NCBI GenBank assembly: GCA_964016885.1
Contig: OZ024745.1
Location: forward strand, 63,736,001-63,800,000
Direction: 5' to 3'
Source of the DNA: Eledone cirrhosa
Taxonomy: Eukaryota
Length of the DNA stretch: 64,000 nt
This document shows, piece by piece, positions 12,395-25,978 of the stretch (the stretch's first letter is position 1; every line of letters begins with the position of its first letter). The translations under genes were made by a program, and so were the position numbers. The notes beneath the pieces were generated by a model. It worked only from the letters and a program-made list of their open reading frames with translations, made no database searches and was not told the origin of the DNA.

Positions 12395-13317
12395 AATAAA
12401 GTTAGTCCTTCATCAGTGATCTTCCAACCATCATTGGTATTTCATCGCTTTAAAGACCATATACCTCAGGTTGGTGCGAGCAACGGCTAAAGAATGTCGT
12501 TGGGACACGTAAATAAGGTGAACGAGCGAGAGTGTAAACAAACAAAGATGGTAAAGCAACGAAAAGTGAGGAAGAAAGAGTCAAGTCCCAGATTTCCATG
12601 AATATAAGTTCGGTGAAATCGTGAACGAGAGAGAATAAAGACCATCAAACCTAGTCGAAATGTGAGCAAGGAAGGAATTCCGCACAGGTCAAACGGGAGG
12701 AAGAAGGAATCCAGTCCGTGAATTCGGTGAACATAAGTTCTGTGAAATCGTAGACCAGACAGAGAAAAGGGGAACCAGCCTGACCAAGCGTGCGAGAGAA
12801 AAGAATCACGCACAGGTCAAACGGGAGGAAGTAGGAGAGGTAGTAGCAGAGAGTGAGTGAGTGAAGGTGAGGAAGAGGCTAACAGAGAGAGTGACTGTTA
12901 GAGAGGGTAAAGATACAGAGAAAGAGGAAGCAGTAAGAACGAAATAGACGGGTCACAGCGGGGGAAAATATATGTGTGAATATGAGAACACATGTGCTGC
13001 GTGGTTGCAATTGGGTTACATATAAATAAAGTTAGTCCTTCATCAGTGATCTTCCAACCACCATTGGTATTTCATCGCTTTAAAGACCATATACCTCCGG
13101 TTGGTGCGAGCAACGGCTAAAGAAAGTCGTTAGGTCACGTAAATAAGGGGAACGAGCGAGAGTGTAAACAAATAAAGATGGTAAAGCAACGAAAAGTAAG
13201 GAAGAAAGAGTCAAGTCCCAGATTTCCATGAATATAAGTTCGGGGAAATCGTGAACGATAGAGAATAAAGACCATCAAACCTAGTCGAAATGTGAGCAAG
13301 GAAGGAATTCCGTACAG
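12395..13317. repeat. ~293-bp direct repeats (12395-12687, 13025-13317) around a GA-rich spacer
   Basis: Near-identical copies with 630-bp period, bounded by TA microsatellite. Confidence 0.85.
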
Positions 13318-13576
13318 ACATATATATATATATATGTGTGTGTGTATGTATATATATATATATATATGTATGTATATGTATGTATATATTTTTATCTAAA
13401 GACATTTTTTCCAATTCCAACCCGCCCGTCTCCTCAATATATCTAATTTCTCATTCTTTCTTCTCATAAAGGACTAACGTTAAGACCCTTTTCCTGCTAT
13501 ATCAAGCGTTAACCTAATATATCCCTTTCATATACTGTACCGATTGTTTTGTTATTTCTGTTTACCTTTTACATAC

Positions 13577-13615
<39 letters not shown>

Positions 13616-13622
<7 letters not shown>

Positions 13623-14331
13623 GAAATGTATAGAAATTGTTTTAGCGAGAAGCTAACAGTTCCATAACATATATGCGACTATATCCTCAAGATGGGGAAA
13701 ATAGTTATCGTAAGATGTAGGAAAAATAATTCAAACTCATCTCAAAAAGAGAATCAGGATACAAATTCATCCACAGAATTTAGTGAAATCCAGGGAAAAA
13801 TCAATAGACCCTTAACTCATGATAAAATAAAGTTTAAAATACTTATCCTTCAACTTGGAAAAACATCAAATGCTCTGACTATTTCATGAAAACTTTCAGT
13901 GGAGATGGTTACGGTTGGATTTCAATCGTCAGCAGAGCTCAACAGATAACCAGGGCTCCCACAGAATTATAAGCCAAAAAGGGAATTCTAAAACTGGCTA
14001 GTTCGCCATCATGCGTGATTATGAAAAACGCACATAAGGAAAAACAGGGCTAGTGACGTCAGGATGAAAATGAATGTTTGTTTACAAGAAATAACAGTCA
14101 AATACATTCCGAAAAAAACTCTACAAAAGGAGTTCAGCAAACAGCAATATTATCGCAGTTTTATAAAAAAAAAAAACGGGATTAGTCACAGATAATTTAA
14201 GCACTCAAGGAAAAAAATCCGAGTATAAATATAAATGAAAGGTATAGAAATTGTTTTAGCGAGAAGCTAACAGTTCCATAACATATATGCGACTATGTCG
14301 TCAAGATGGGAAAAATAGTTAACGTAAGATG
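13616..14331. repeat. ~103-bp direct repeats (13616-13718, 14228-14331) flanking a ~510-bp spacer
   Basis: TATAAATGAAA.GTATAGAAATTGTTTTAGCGAGAAGCTAACAG... occurs twice; unit lies between (TA)n tracts. Confidence 0.85.
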
Positions 14332-14363
14332 TATATATATATATATAAAATAGTTAACGTAAG

Positions 14364-14394
<31 letters not shown>

Positions 14395-14462
14395 AATATA
14401 TATATATATATATTTATATATTTATATATTGAAAAAAGTGTGAGATCCTTGGTACAATTAGG

Positions 14463-14677
14463 TATATTTGAAAAAAAGGAAAAGAATGACTTTACTTGTA
14501 GTGTTATGCGAGAAAGTTCTCCAACAAAGTTAACCAGGAGTCTTTAAAATACTTCCCACCGAAGTTAACAAAGAACTTACTAGATCTACCAACTCATAAT
14601 ATTATAATATTATAAAATTAAATCAAATTATTTAACACTACAAGTGAAGTCATTCTTTTCCTTTTTTTTCAAATATA
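14463..14677. mobile_element. MITE-like element with ~44-bp terminal inverted repeats
   Basis: TATATTTGAAAAAAAGGAAAAGAATGACTTTACTTGTAGTGTTA (14463-14506) mirrored at 14633-14677. Confidence 0.7.
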
Positions 14678-14696
14678 TATATATACATGTGTGTGT

Positions 14697-14804
<108 letters not shown>

Positions 14805-14889
14805 CACCTTGATTTTACATTCTTCATACCAGCATTCCTGTAATTCTATTTTCTTCGCATCGTAGAAAAATACCTCTGTAAACAATTTA

Positions 14890-15990
14890 GAAATTGAGCT
14901 ACAATTCCCCTATAGACAGACAATGATTCTTTCTCTTCATCTACCAAACAATACCTATGTTACACTAGTGAGTTGTTACGCCCCAACTCTATGTTCATCT
15001 GATCAAGATATTGAAACATTCTATTATCAGTTTCACACACTGATCTCCATTGTTCCATACAAGATCAAGCTCATCATAATGGGAGTTCTCAATGCTAGAT
15101 TTTGAAATAACTATCAACACGGCATGATGATTTTCGGCGAAATGGAGTCGGAGCTATGGGCTTAGAGTGCTTTAACTCTGCAAGGAATCTAATCCTAGCA
15201 TCACTAATAGAGCTTTTCAAAAACCTACACTCGACCCAGCGAGTGGCACATGCTTTACTATATCATCACATATATGTGAGATCTACAAGATTTCAATATC
15301 AATGGCTCTTTTCAATTTTCTTACTATTTCTTGGAAATAGTAAGAAGATTGATAAGTGCCTGAAAATGTCTGCAAATCTCATTTGTCCTGGTTTCTGATG
15401 ATATTGAGGCTTTCATATGAGAAAATAGCAGGACTGCTCCGATGAAAGCAACTTAGATGTTCAGAACCTATTCGAGTTGCATACGCTACACAGACTTTGA
15501 ATAGGATATAATAACTCAACAATTAAAAGGGATGCCTATAAAGTTTGTAAACAGCAGGCACTACCCTGACTTAGAAAAGGAAGTGTGCCTAGTGGGCAGC
15601 TAAAGCAGCTGAACTGCAAAACACTGCTGACAAAAAAGACTCGAGGGTATTTTATAATGGTTTGAAGGCGGTATAGAGTCTGAGGTAGAGCAGCCCAAAT
15701 CCAGTTCTATCCTCTGATGGTAAACCCTCTACACAAAGCTCTGATACTCTTTAAATGGAAGGAACACCTTGAAAAGGTTTTAAATGCTGAGTCAAACGTA
15801 GATGAAGATGTAATATCATCTATTCCAGAAACGCCAGATATACGGAATTAGCATTCAATCTAAGCGTAAATGAAGTACAAGATGCTCTCAAGCAACTGTC
15901 ATCGAATAAAGCTCCTGGTAAAGACAGCAACGCACATTATATTCTCAAATATGGTGGTCAAAAACTAGTTCGTAATCTTCCTCAGATATT
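14890..15990 (+). pseudogene. Decayed RTE-like LINE (APE domain to RT start)
   Basis: LVSCYAPTLCSSDQDIETFY, LIIMGVLNAR, WKEHLEKVLNAES, LSSNKAPGKD. Confidence 0.75.
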
Positions 15991-16111
15991 TTTGAAAAAC
16001 AGGCATAACCATAATGAAATGAACAAAGAAAAATGTTCAACCCTCGTATGTGCATATATATACAAATCTCAGTGAATATATATATATATATGCGTATTTA
16101 TATATATACAT

Positions 16112-16287
16112 ATAATTGTTTCTACTTTTGGCACAAGGCCAGTGCATTACTGGCACTTTATTTTATCGACCCTGTAAGGATGAAAGGCAAAGTTAATCTC
16201 GGCGGAATTTGAACTCAGACTGTAAAGGGACGTAACTATGCTGGAAAGCATGGCGGCCGACCCTCTATCGATACTGCGAATTCACCG
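16112..16287 (-). mobile_element. tRNA-derived SINE, major family
   Basis: Reverse complement of the 9568 SINE. Confidence 0.85.
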
Positions 16288-16345
16288 TTAATTAATATGT
16301 ACATACACACACACAAATATTTATATATGTCCGTGTGTGTGTATG

Positions 16346-16435
<90 letters not shown>

Positions 16436-16457
16436 AGTGTGTGTATGTATATATATA

Positions 16458-16517
<60 letters not shown>

Positions 16518-16684
16518 AAACAAACATCGACGCCTGACGTGATAACCACAGAGGAAGGGTAGATAAACAAACCAATGAGTGTCGGTATTATGATATCTCT
16601 TTAGGGTGCCGCACTGTTTCAACAACTACATTGTTAAGTAGTATATGACACTGTTCCTTTTATTATTATCATTTATTACTACTA

Positions 16685-17570
16685 GGGTGGTGAATTGGCA
16701 GTATCGGTAGAGGGTAGGACGCCGTGCTTTGCAGCATAGAGTTACGTTCCTTTATGATCTGAGTTCAAATCCCGCCGATGTTAACTTGGTCTTTAATCCT
16801 TACGGGGGTCGATAAAATAAAGTAACAATCACGCACTGGGGTCGATTTACTCGACTTTCCCCCCCAAAAAAAAATTGCTGGCCTTGTGCCTATATAATAA
16901 ACCATTATTTATTACTACTATTTGTTATAATTACGGACAATATACTTTGCGGTATAGAGTTACGCCTCCTTACGATCTGAGTTCAAATCCTAACGAGGTT
17001 AGCTTTGCCTTTCATCCTTACGGGGTCGATAAAATAAAGTACCAGTAATGGTCTGGGGTCGATTTGATCGACTTTCCCCTACCCCGAAATTGTTGGTCCT
17101 GTGCCTAAACATCAGAAACCATTTTGAAGGCGGAGCATTGGCAGTATTGGTGGAGCGTAGGGCACCATGCTTCGTAACATAGATTTACGGCCCTTTACTT
17201 TCTATGTTCAAATCCTGCCGAGTTTAGCTTTGCATTTCATCCATACGGGATCAATACATAAAACTCCAGTAATGCACTGGGTTTGATTTGATCGACCCCC
17301 CCCCAAAAAAAAAATGCTGGCCTTATGCCTAGAGTAGAAATCATTATCCTTTTTTATTATCATTAATATTATCATTATTATTGATTGGCAGTATCGGTAG
17401 AGGGTTGGACGCCATGCTTTGACGCATTGAGTTGCGGCCCTTGCCATTCTGAGTTCAAATCACGCCGAGGTTAACTTTGCCTTTCATCCTTACGGGGTCG
17501 ATAAAATAAAGTACCAGTAATACACTGGTGAATTGCTGGCTTTGTGCCAAAAGTAGAAACAATTATTATT
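16685..17570 (+). mobile_element. Head-to-tail cluster of four major-family SINE copies
   Basis: B boxes near 16761, 16980, 17205 and 17451, each followed by the CCTTTCATCC..GGGGTCGATAAAATAAAG body and an ATT-like tail. Confidence 0.85.
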
Positions 17571-19299
17571 CAAAGGGGACATAAGGCACCCGTCTCTGCT
17601 CCCTCAAAGGCAACACATAATATTTGGGTCTTGGACCCAAATATTTCAACATCTATTTGTTTTTACTTTTTTTCGTTTGAAAAATATGAATGGAATGCGC
17701 CCCCTCTCATTAAGCTAACTGTCATGTGACAGTGGCTCAAACGTTAAGTGGAGTGATACTACCCCACCATGACCATATGGTGATGGTGGGGTAGTACCAC
17801 CACTTTAGGCAGTATCACCAAAAAGAACAACAGCAGCACCACCAACAAAATCAAAACAAATGAGAGGAACACCTGAGATAATGACAACACCAGCAACAAC
17901 TGCAACAGCAACAGCAACAACACCAACAATTATATCAACATTAACAACGACAACATTAACATTGAAATAGCAACAACAAAAACATGAACAATAACACGAG
18001 TACTTTTGCAGCTGTGGCTGCAAAAGTAAAACTTTGCACACAATGGATTTAACAGAAAATAAATTTTTCCCAGGCAACAAAGTTTATCACCAGAGAAAAG
18101 TTCTGGGCCGACTTAATCATCCAAACAAAGGTTATGGCAGCGACGGAGAGGAGAACTCTGAAATATTGGTGCAAAGCTGAGATGGCCTCCAAGCACAAAT
18201 GGCGGTTGCACTAAAGTTCATCATAACAGATTTTGTTGTTGTTGCTATTGTTTCTAATATTGTCGATATTGTTACTGACGTAGTTACTGTTACCATTTTT
18301 CTGCCGTTCTAAGATTCTGTCAATAATCATAATTGATAAAAATAATAGTCCTTTGTTCTGAAAATTTTTAATAAATGCCTTTCATCCTCACGAGGTCGAT
18401 AAAATAAAGTACCAGTAATGTACTGATTAGTTGCTGGCCTTGTGCCGAAAGTAGAAACAATTAATTTTATAAAGCTGAGAATAAAACTGCTTGTATGTGA
18501 AAGGTTCGCATCAGTCATTAAAAAGTAAAATCTTTAACACAGTCAAACACATTTTCAAAGCTCATCTGTTCCACTAACACACTTACAGTGCTAGCTACAT
18601 AATATAGCTCTATAGTATTGGAATGGAATGTCATAGACCTAGATTCTATAGATCGTAAGACGAGAAATTTTCCAAAGAAGTACAAAAATTCAAAAAGAAT
18701 TGTGCAAAGAAAATCCGCCCCTATCGTATACAAAACGCAAGATGCTATCTGAAAAATATAAATTAGAATCATATCATTGTTGCTGTTGTTGTTGGTAGTG
18801 ACTTTTTTGTTATCGTACTCATTCACTTTCTTACAGTATTTTCGATTCAAATGAAGAGCAGGTAGATAAATATGTGTGTATAAAGATGTTTGTATAATAG
18901 TCTTTTCATCATTCATTTGCTCATACTCGTGAACACATATGCAGGTATGTATGTAGTTCTACATACTCACATGCACACATTTATATTCAATCTCATATAG
19001 GAGCCACACGAAACAAAAGCGGGTATCTCCTTTACCATTTTTCAAGAAATAGGGGTATCTGTTTACAGAATTTATATCATTATAGTAAAGCTGATGCACA
19101 CGGGAGTACCACTTGGTGTTTGTCATTCGCCACAGAGGTGTACATTCGCTACACAAAAAAGGCATTTTTTATGTAGTTCTGTTTCTTCCGGTTCAGATGC
19201 GCGCCTTTTTCCCAAATATAAATTTGATCAATAGGCGCAATTTGTTCATAAAGTATATCCTCTTACTTCTTACTACCTCGTATCATATACTCTTGTCAT

Positions 19300-20060
19300 A
19301 AAAATGTAAGGTACGTTTGAAAACAAAAGATGAACTGCCAACGTTTGACCTTAGTTGATTTTCAACATGACATATGTTGCAAACGTCAATAGCGTATATT
19401 TACAATATATTGTTGTAATTTACATTGTTACATAATTGATATAATATTATATAATTTCTTAAACGTCTTTCATACAAACTTAACTGCATAAGAAATCAGA
19501 GCTGGTCAACACATCAGTGCATCATATGATTCTGAGAAATAAGCGTTTCTTTTAAAATGCAAAAGTGACTTTCACATAGGTTGATTATATTAAAGCTCTA
19601 AATATCAGGATATACCCAGTGTGATTCAGTGTTTTAATTGTTTGTTTATTTTGGATTGGGAATTGTTTTTGTTTTTTTTAATAAAACATTATCAGATGCC
19701 CTGCAACAAAAAATGTTTTCAAAATAGAAAGGGCCATTGAGTCAGATTTAATCGCAAATTATATCGGAAAAGTTATAATGCAATTTCTCTACAGACTTCG
19801 CCATTGCATAAGCATTTAGTATCAAGAAAACTTGAGTTGTATGGTGAGAAGGAATCTTAACAAAACGAAAGTAACTTTAGCAATTTGGGTTCGTAGGTTG
19901 TTACAATTTTGGTGAATCTTCCTCTTATCATAAAAGCGCATCGTAATAATGTGGAAAAAACCCCTATTTCTCTCAGATCATGCAAAAGAAATATTTTCAG
20001 CTAATAGATTCTATTATTTGCAACAAATTGCTTAAGGCCAAGTATTTTGGCCTCGGATTT
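19300..20060 (-). pseudogene. Possible very old PLE RT remnant
   Basis: Weak ordered motif-like pieces KIHQNCNNLRTQI, NGPFY and TYVKVTFAF; may be chance. Confidence 0.2.
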
Positions 20061-22556
20061 GACTTTTTTTTAAGACAAATCATATCGAGTGCAAATGGCA
20101 GGAATATTTCATTATCGTGTTATTGACTTTAAGGAGAAAAAATCTTTACATAATTGTCTTTTATCGAATTATACAATTAAAATGAAAGAATGCTGAAAAC
20201 ATAACGGAATTAATTTTTTTTCAACTTAAGAACGTTGAAAGGCAACACAGTTATAGATGGTTTTAAAAGTGCTGTCCAACAGAGGGTTGATGAAAACACT
20301 TCAAAGCTGTATTTTAAAAAGTGATAATAATTCTCTTATTTTTGGTTAGAGGGCCTGCTGCTGATGGTAATTTATTATGTGGATATTGAGCTGTTTATTC
20401 CTGATTTCACTTCGTCAGGACACGCTGAAAGGAGCAATATGAATAGATGTCAAACCTGAACCGGGAACTTGATAGTATTCCAGAAACTAGACTGCTAACC
20501 TAGTTCATAGATAGTTTGATATCACCGAGGAACGTTTGGTAGAAGAGAGGATATGACAGGTACTAAATCAAATTTCCATCTTTAAGTTCTTGGATGAGCT
20601 TCGATTTTAGAACGCAATCCTCACTCAGATTGATTGTGTTCAAAATTGCCTCATTGAACTTACCGAAAACTTTCGTAATGCATCGCATTAGCCACCGTTC
20701 ACAATTTCTATCGTTTCTTTGTAAAGCAGATACGAAGCATTCGTCAATGCTTCTCAATTAATCACTTCAAATTATGCTTAAACTATGAGATGAATAGAGT
20801 ATCTAAGCGATAAATCTTTCCGCAAAGGAAAAGGTACCAGGTGAAAGGGCAAACGGTATAGAGCTAACCGCGAAAGAATGACAGAATCTCTTGATTATAA
20901 TCATAATCAATTGAAAGAAATATTTATTAAACTCATTCAAGCTTCATATCTAAATGAGAAACTAAATTTAAACAGGGCTGAACTTCATTCATATTTATAT
21001 TTAGTCTACAATAAAATCATGCGAATAACGTTCCTATGAAATATTATTAATTAGAAACAACTATGAAATGATCCCACAAGTAGCAAAAATATACTATTTC
21101 TAAAATAATGGCATTAATCATACAAATGATTTAGAATAGAACTACGGCATTTTGAGAAATAATGTTTAATATAATGGATTCTAAATTGAAAGGAACACAT
21201 CTTCGTTTAAATTTATGAATTGAGGTTGTTTGATTAATTTCAACTTACGAGATAATTGCTTAAGTCTTTGAGAGTAAATGCACATATACCTGCGATATCA
21301 GCCTAACATCGAATTCAAAGAAGAAAAAATACCATTTAAATCATCATAGCAAAGACATATAATGTCATAATTATATAGACATAAAGATAGTAGTATAGTT
21401 GATATATGTGAGATATTTAATAATTGATTAGTGAGGACTTCAGAAATCCAGTACAATGCAGTCGAAATATATGAAAAACGAAGGATGACAAATAAAACAA
21501 AACAAGGTAAAGTTTCTTTTACCAAGTATATTTCAAGATAATACTCTCTTTTTTTTTTTTTTTTCATTTGTCATACTTTTCTCTTTATATCTTTTTATCA
21601 CATTGTACCGGCTGGAAGCGGTCTACAAAAAGCTGATGCTTTTCATTTTTCCTTCAGGTTCACAGAAAATGACATACTCTATAACTTACACATTCAAGTG
21701 CTTTTAAATTTATTTTTGGCAATGAAATGCCGCAGATTTCCTTGATGAAAAACTTAATTTTATTGGGTAGAATGTGAGAATATTGGATGCTTCAATATTT
21801 GGCTTTGCTCTAAGGCTTCAAACATAATTTCGACATAATTTCGACAACCCTGTCACGGACACATATCTTTTATATATACATACTCTCACGTTTGCAGCAT
21901 CGAAATTCTCTTAAGAGTTGATTTAGAAGAGCTACAGTATAAAGTAAATGCTGCAGCAATAGCGTGAAACAGGAGCTGACTGTGCTGGATGCATCTATCT
22001 AGAATTACCCATGCTTCTGATATTACAGCTAATGATGTGCCCCAACCTTGTAAGAAACACTTTTTGTTTAGACGTTGTAAAGGACTAGAAAAAGCCAATG
22101 GCTCTTCTCGACGAACGATATAATCATACGAAGAGTTATGTATTTCTATAGCCAGAGGTGGTACACGAAAAGTAAGTCAGGAGTGAACTGTTATACACAA
22201 ATCACGCCACTTTGTAATATGATCTTCGCTGACATATATGAGAGAATGTCGATGTTGGATTGAAAGTTTACCGAGTTCATTCCATCTGTTTATCAACTAT
22301 GCAACGTAATGTTGAAAATATGAACGTGTCTATTTGGAATAAAATAACAGAGCTTTATTCCACATTGCATCTCCGTTACAAGTACATTAATTTGCTTTCC
22401 TATAACGAAATCTTATTGTTTTACAATGGCATAAATTCTCGACGGGAGTCTTCACTGTTCCTTCACTTTCTCCCTCTCACCCCCCTCTTTATCTCTCTCT
22501 CTCTCCCTCTCTCTCTCTCTCTCTTCCCTCTTTACTCACGCACAGACACACACGCA

Positions 22557-22589
<33 letters not shown>

Positions 22590-22601
22590 GCATATATATA
22601 T

Positions 22602-22732
22602 ATTTAATATAGAAATGGCTTCTATAGGACTAGAACTTTTTCATTCGAAGGAAATCATCAGGAAAGGCTTTCCTGATGATTTCTTTCGAATGAAACAGTT
22701 CTAGACCTGTAGAAGCGACTTCTATATTAAAT
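22602..22732. repeat. 131-bp palindrome of two back-to-back truncated hammerhead cores
   Basis: CTGATGA-TTTCTTTCGAAT-GAAA on + (22673-22695) and its mirror on -, centred near 22667. Confidence 0.7.
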
Positions 22733-24354
22733 GTTGATACTCTGCTATGTATTGAGTACTTAACTTACTGCGGTTACCCCCCGATTGAACCCGGGATACA
22801 CATATTATATATATATATCCAGCTGACAAAACATATAAGATGAGTAAAATTTATCCTACGAGGATAGCTGGTGACGTTGCCAACCTTTTTATGGTATGGT
22901 GGGAAAGGAGACTCAAAGATCTCCTTGATGAGAGCTCCATAGACCTCATTATGTACTCTCGTTACGTAGACGATATTAATATAGTAATAAGGATACCCCC
23001 ACAAGAGAGTACTAACAAGTATGATTTAGAATGTGGCACAATGGAAAGCACCCAGCATATAGCTAATTCCATACACCAGGGTATAACTGTAACTAACGAC
23101 TACCCTTCCAAACACCCTAACAATAGACTACCTGTATTAGACACGGAACTCTGGATTCACACTATAAACGAGAGGGCCCAAATTTTCCACTCACACTACG
23201 CTAAACCCATGGCCTCCAAATACCTGATACTCAAAAACTCAGCAATGTCCAGTAGTGCTAAGTTTAATATTCTGATCGCAGACTTGGTACTAGTGATGAA
23301 GAATGTGTCCCGCATGTGAGACCCAACAGAAATGGATAGACACATCCAAAACTTCATCAAACGCATGCAGTTCTCTGGCTACAACCAAAGGTACAGAATC
23401 AGAGTATACGAAGGAGCCACGGAGCAGTATAATACCCTCATAGAACTGGACACGAAAGGAATTTTTCCCATTATACAGGAGCAAATCATGGAATAGCTTA
23501 GATAGGACTAAACATAAGATAGGGAAAGCCACATCATGGAACGACAACCAGAGATACCAGAGGTACCAGAGTGTCATGTTTGTGGACGCTACCCCTGGAG
23601 GGAAATTAGCTAACCAGAAAGACCCACTTAAAGATTAAACTGGTAGAAATGCCAGGAACTGCCATAAAAACCCTGATCAGTAAAACATACCCTTTTAAGA
23701 AAACCCACTGTACTAATAGGAAATGTATTATATGTAAAGTAAATCCCCGGATAAACTGAAAGACTAGAAACGTAGTCTATAGCATACGATGTACAGAGGG
23801 TACTTGCAGAAACATGACAACAACATACATAGGCGAGACAGCTCGTAGCATAGATGAACGAATAGACCAACACTGGGGGAACTAACAGGACGAAAACACG
23901 GTTGAGTACTATACGAACACGCCAGGCAACAACATGAAGGTAACATAAACAACAAAGAAATTAAAATAATATCTAAACATAGAAATGACCTAACACATAG
24001 GCAAATCAGAGAGGCAAGTGAAATAGAACTTAGAAGGCCAAGGCTAAACAGACAAAATGAATGGAATAACAACACCCAAACAAACAATACTGACTTAAGA
24101 GAAATATAAATAAATAAATAAGTAAATATATGCACAAGCACAATAACAACAAGCACATATAAGCACACACTAGTAAACTAAGATAGAATATAATAACCAA
24201 AACAGTCACCCAAACGCGAACACACAACACACACCAAACACTATACACACACGCAAACGCATGCGCAGAGAAGAAGAAAAAATAAATAAATAAATAAATA
24301 AACAGATAAAATAAAGATGGCGTAGATATACAATACAACAGGGGGAGGAACATA

Positions 24355-24408
24355 ATAGCACCACTGACGATGTTGCAGATGTGCAACGAAAGAACTTTGT
24401 TAGACTAT
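24355..24408 (+). ncRNA. Minimal hammerhead ribozyme motif in pLTR
   Basis: CTGACGA-T-GTTGCA-GATG-TGCAAC-GAAA-GAAC-TT; perfect 6-bp stem II, bulged stem I (ATAG..CA / TG..CTAT). Confidence 0.7.
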
Positions 24409-24576
24409 ATATATGTGTTTATATCTATATTCTATCTGTATTTTGACCGTTGGTCACTCAATGGTAAACATTGAGGACCGAATGAATTAACTGATATAAA
24501 AGATACAGAAGCGAAAACCAACCAAACAGTGAGTGTGTTCTGTTATTAATTCTGGCAATATTATTACAACAATATG

Positions 24577-24764
24577 GGGTGGTGGATTTGCAGTATCGGT
24601 AGAGGGTCGGGCGCCATGCTTTGAAGCATAGAGTTACCTCTCTTTATGACCTGAGTTCAAATCCCGCCGAGGTTAACTTTGCCTTTCATCCTTACGGGGT
24701 CGATAAAATAAAGTACCAGTAATGCACTGGGATAATTGCTGGCCTTGTGCCAACAGTAAAAATA
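24577..24764 (+). mobile_element. Major-family SINE inserted into the pLTR with 17-bp TSD
   Basis: ATTATTAC(A/G)ACAATATG at 24560-24576 and 24765-24781; the homologous pLTR at ~61405-61430 lacks the insertion. Confidence 0.9.
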
Positions 24765-24832
24765 ATTATTACGACAATATGACCCTCCCCAAGTATAACT
24801 ATATATATATATATATATATAGTTTTGCGAGG

Positions 24833-24885
<53 letters not shown>

Positions 24886-24961
24886 CGAAGGAAATGTGGT
24901 AAGGAACCAGGTGGACCATAACGCACCAAAGTACTCAATACTTAGGGTAGTAGAGTGGGTA

Positions 24962-25069
24962 ATAGGAACGAGTAGGACCCCGACGGCTGAGCTCAACCCG
25001 TTTTTTTTAGTCCAGAATTAGCCGTCGAAACGGCTTGAGCTCAGCCGTCGGGGTCCTACTAGTTTCTAT
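24962..25069. mobile_element. 108-bp mini element with ~42-bp GC-rich inverted repeats
   Basis: GTAGGACCCCGACGGCTGAGCTCAA...TTGAGCTCAGCCGTCGGGGTCCTAC; a related half copy lies at ~28900-28945. Confidence 0.75.
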
Positions 25070-25691
25070 ATATATATATATATATATAATGGAAAAATTT
25101 GAACAGGGACAAAACAGAGAGGCAGTACAACGAATGTTTATTTACATTGTGCATTTGTTGTGATGAAAGGAGCAATGGATAAGAATGAAAACTGAGTTAT
25201 AGACAACAATGTTCTCAAAGCACGACCTGAGTTTCGAACTTACTGAATTTAAAAGTATTCTTTAACTCTCATTAGATATCGTTTAACACTGTCCCCACTG
25301 GAGATGAAGCAGATGACGCCAATATGATAACTGCAAATTTAGGTCACGAAATGCTTGTGAATTTGCGTATTCATGTTACTTTCACAAAAATTAAAAAAAT
25401 TGCCAGTGCAACAGGAAAATATAGAAATTCGTTATACTGCATCACATTTACTTTACAGCTACAAGCCATTTCACTGTAACTAATGTTAACGACCTTTTAC
25501 AAGTACACAAAAAAAAATGAAAACTGCATTAGGTTCACCACTCGTGTCGTTCTCCCAGGAAATTTGGGTTATATATCTCTGAGTTTCATTTTGTAGCTAG
25601 TCTCCATCCCTTCCTCTTCTACTCCCTCGCTCCTCCCTCTTCCACCTATCTTTGTTCTCTCTTTCTCTTTCTCTCTCTCTCGGTCTCTCTC

Positions 25692-25741
<50 letters not shown>

Positions 25742-25880
25742 AGTGTGTCTGTGTGTGTATACATACATATATATATAGAGAGAGAAAGAGAGAAAGAAAG
25801 AGAGAGAGAGATGTATATATATATATATATGCATATAAATATATATATATATATGCATATAAATATATATATGTATATAA

Positions 25881-25978
<98 letters not shown>

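Larger units (their letters stand above)
22800..24800 (+). mobile_element. 5'-truncated Penelope-like element (second lineage) with 3' pLTR
   Basis: YSRYVDDINI, RLPVLDTELW, HYAKPMAS in ORF 22840-23319; later YIGETARSIDERIDQH and RQIREASEI...LNRQNEW; disrupted by stops and frameshifts. The 3' repeat recurs at 61390-61760. Confidence 0.88.
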
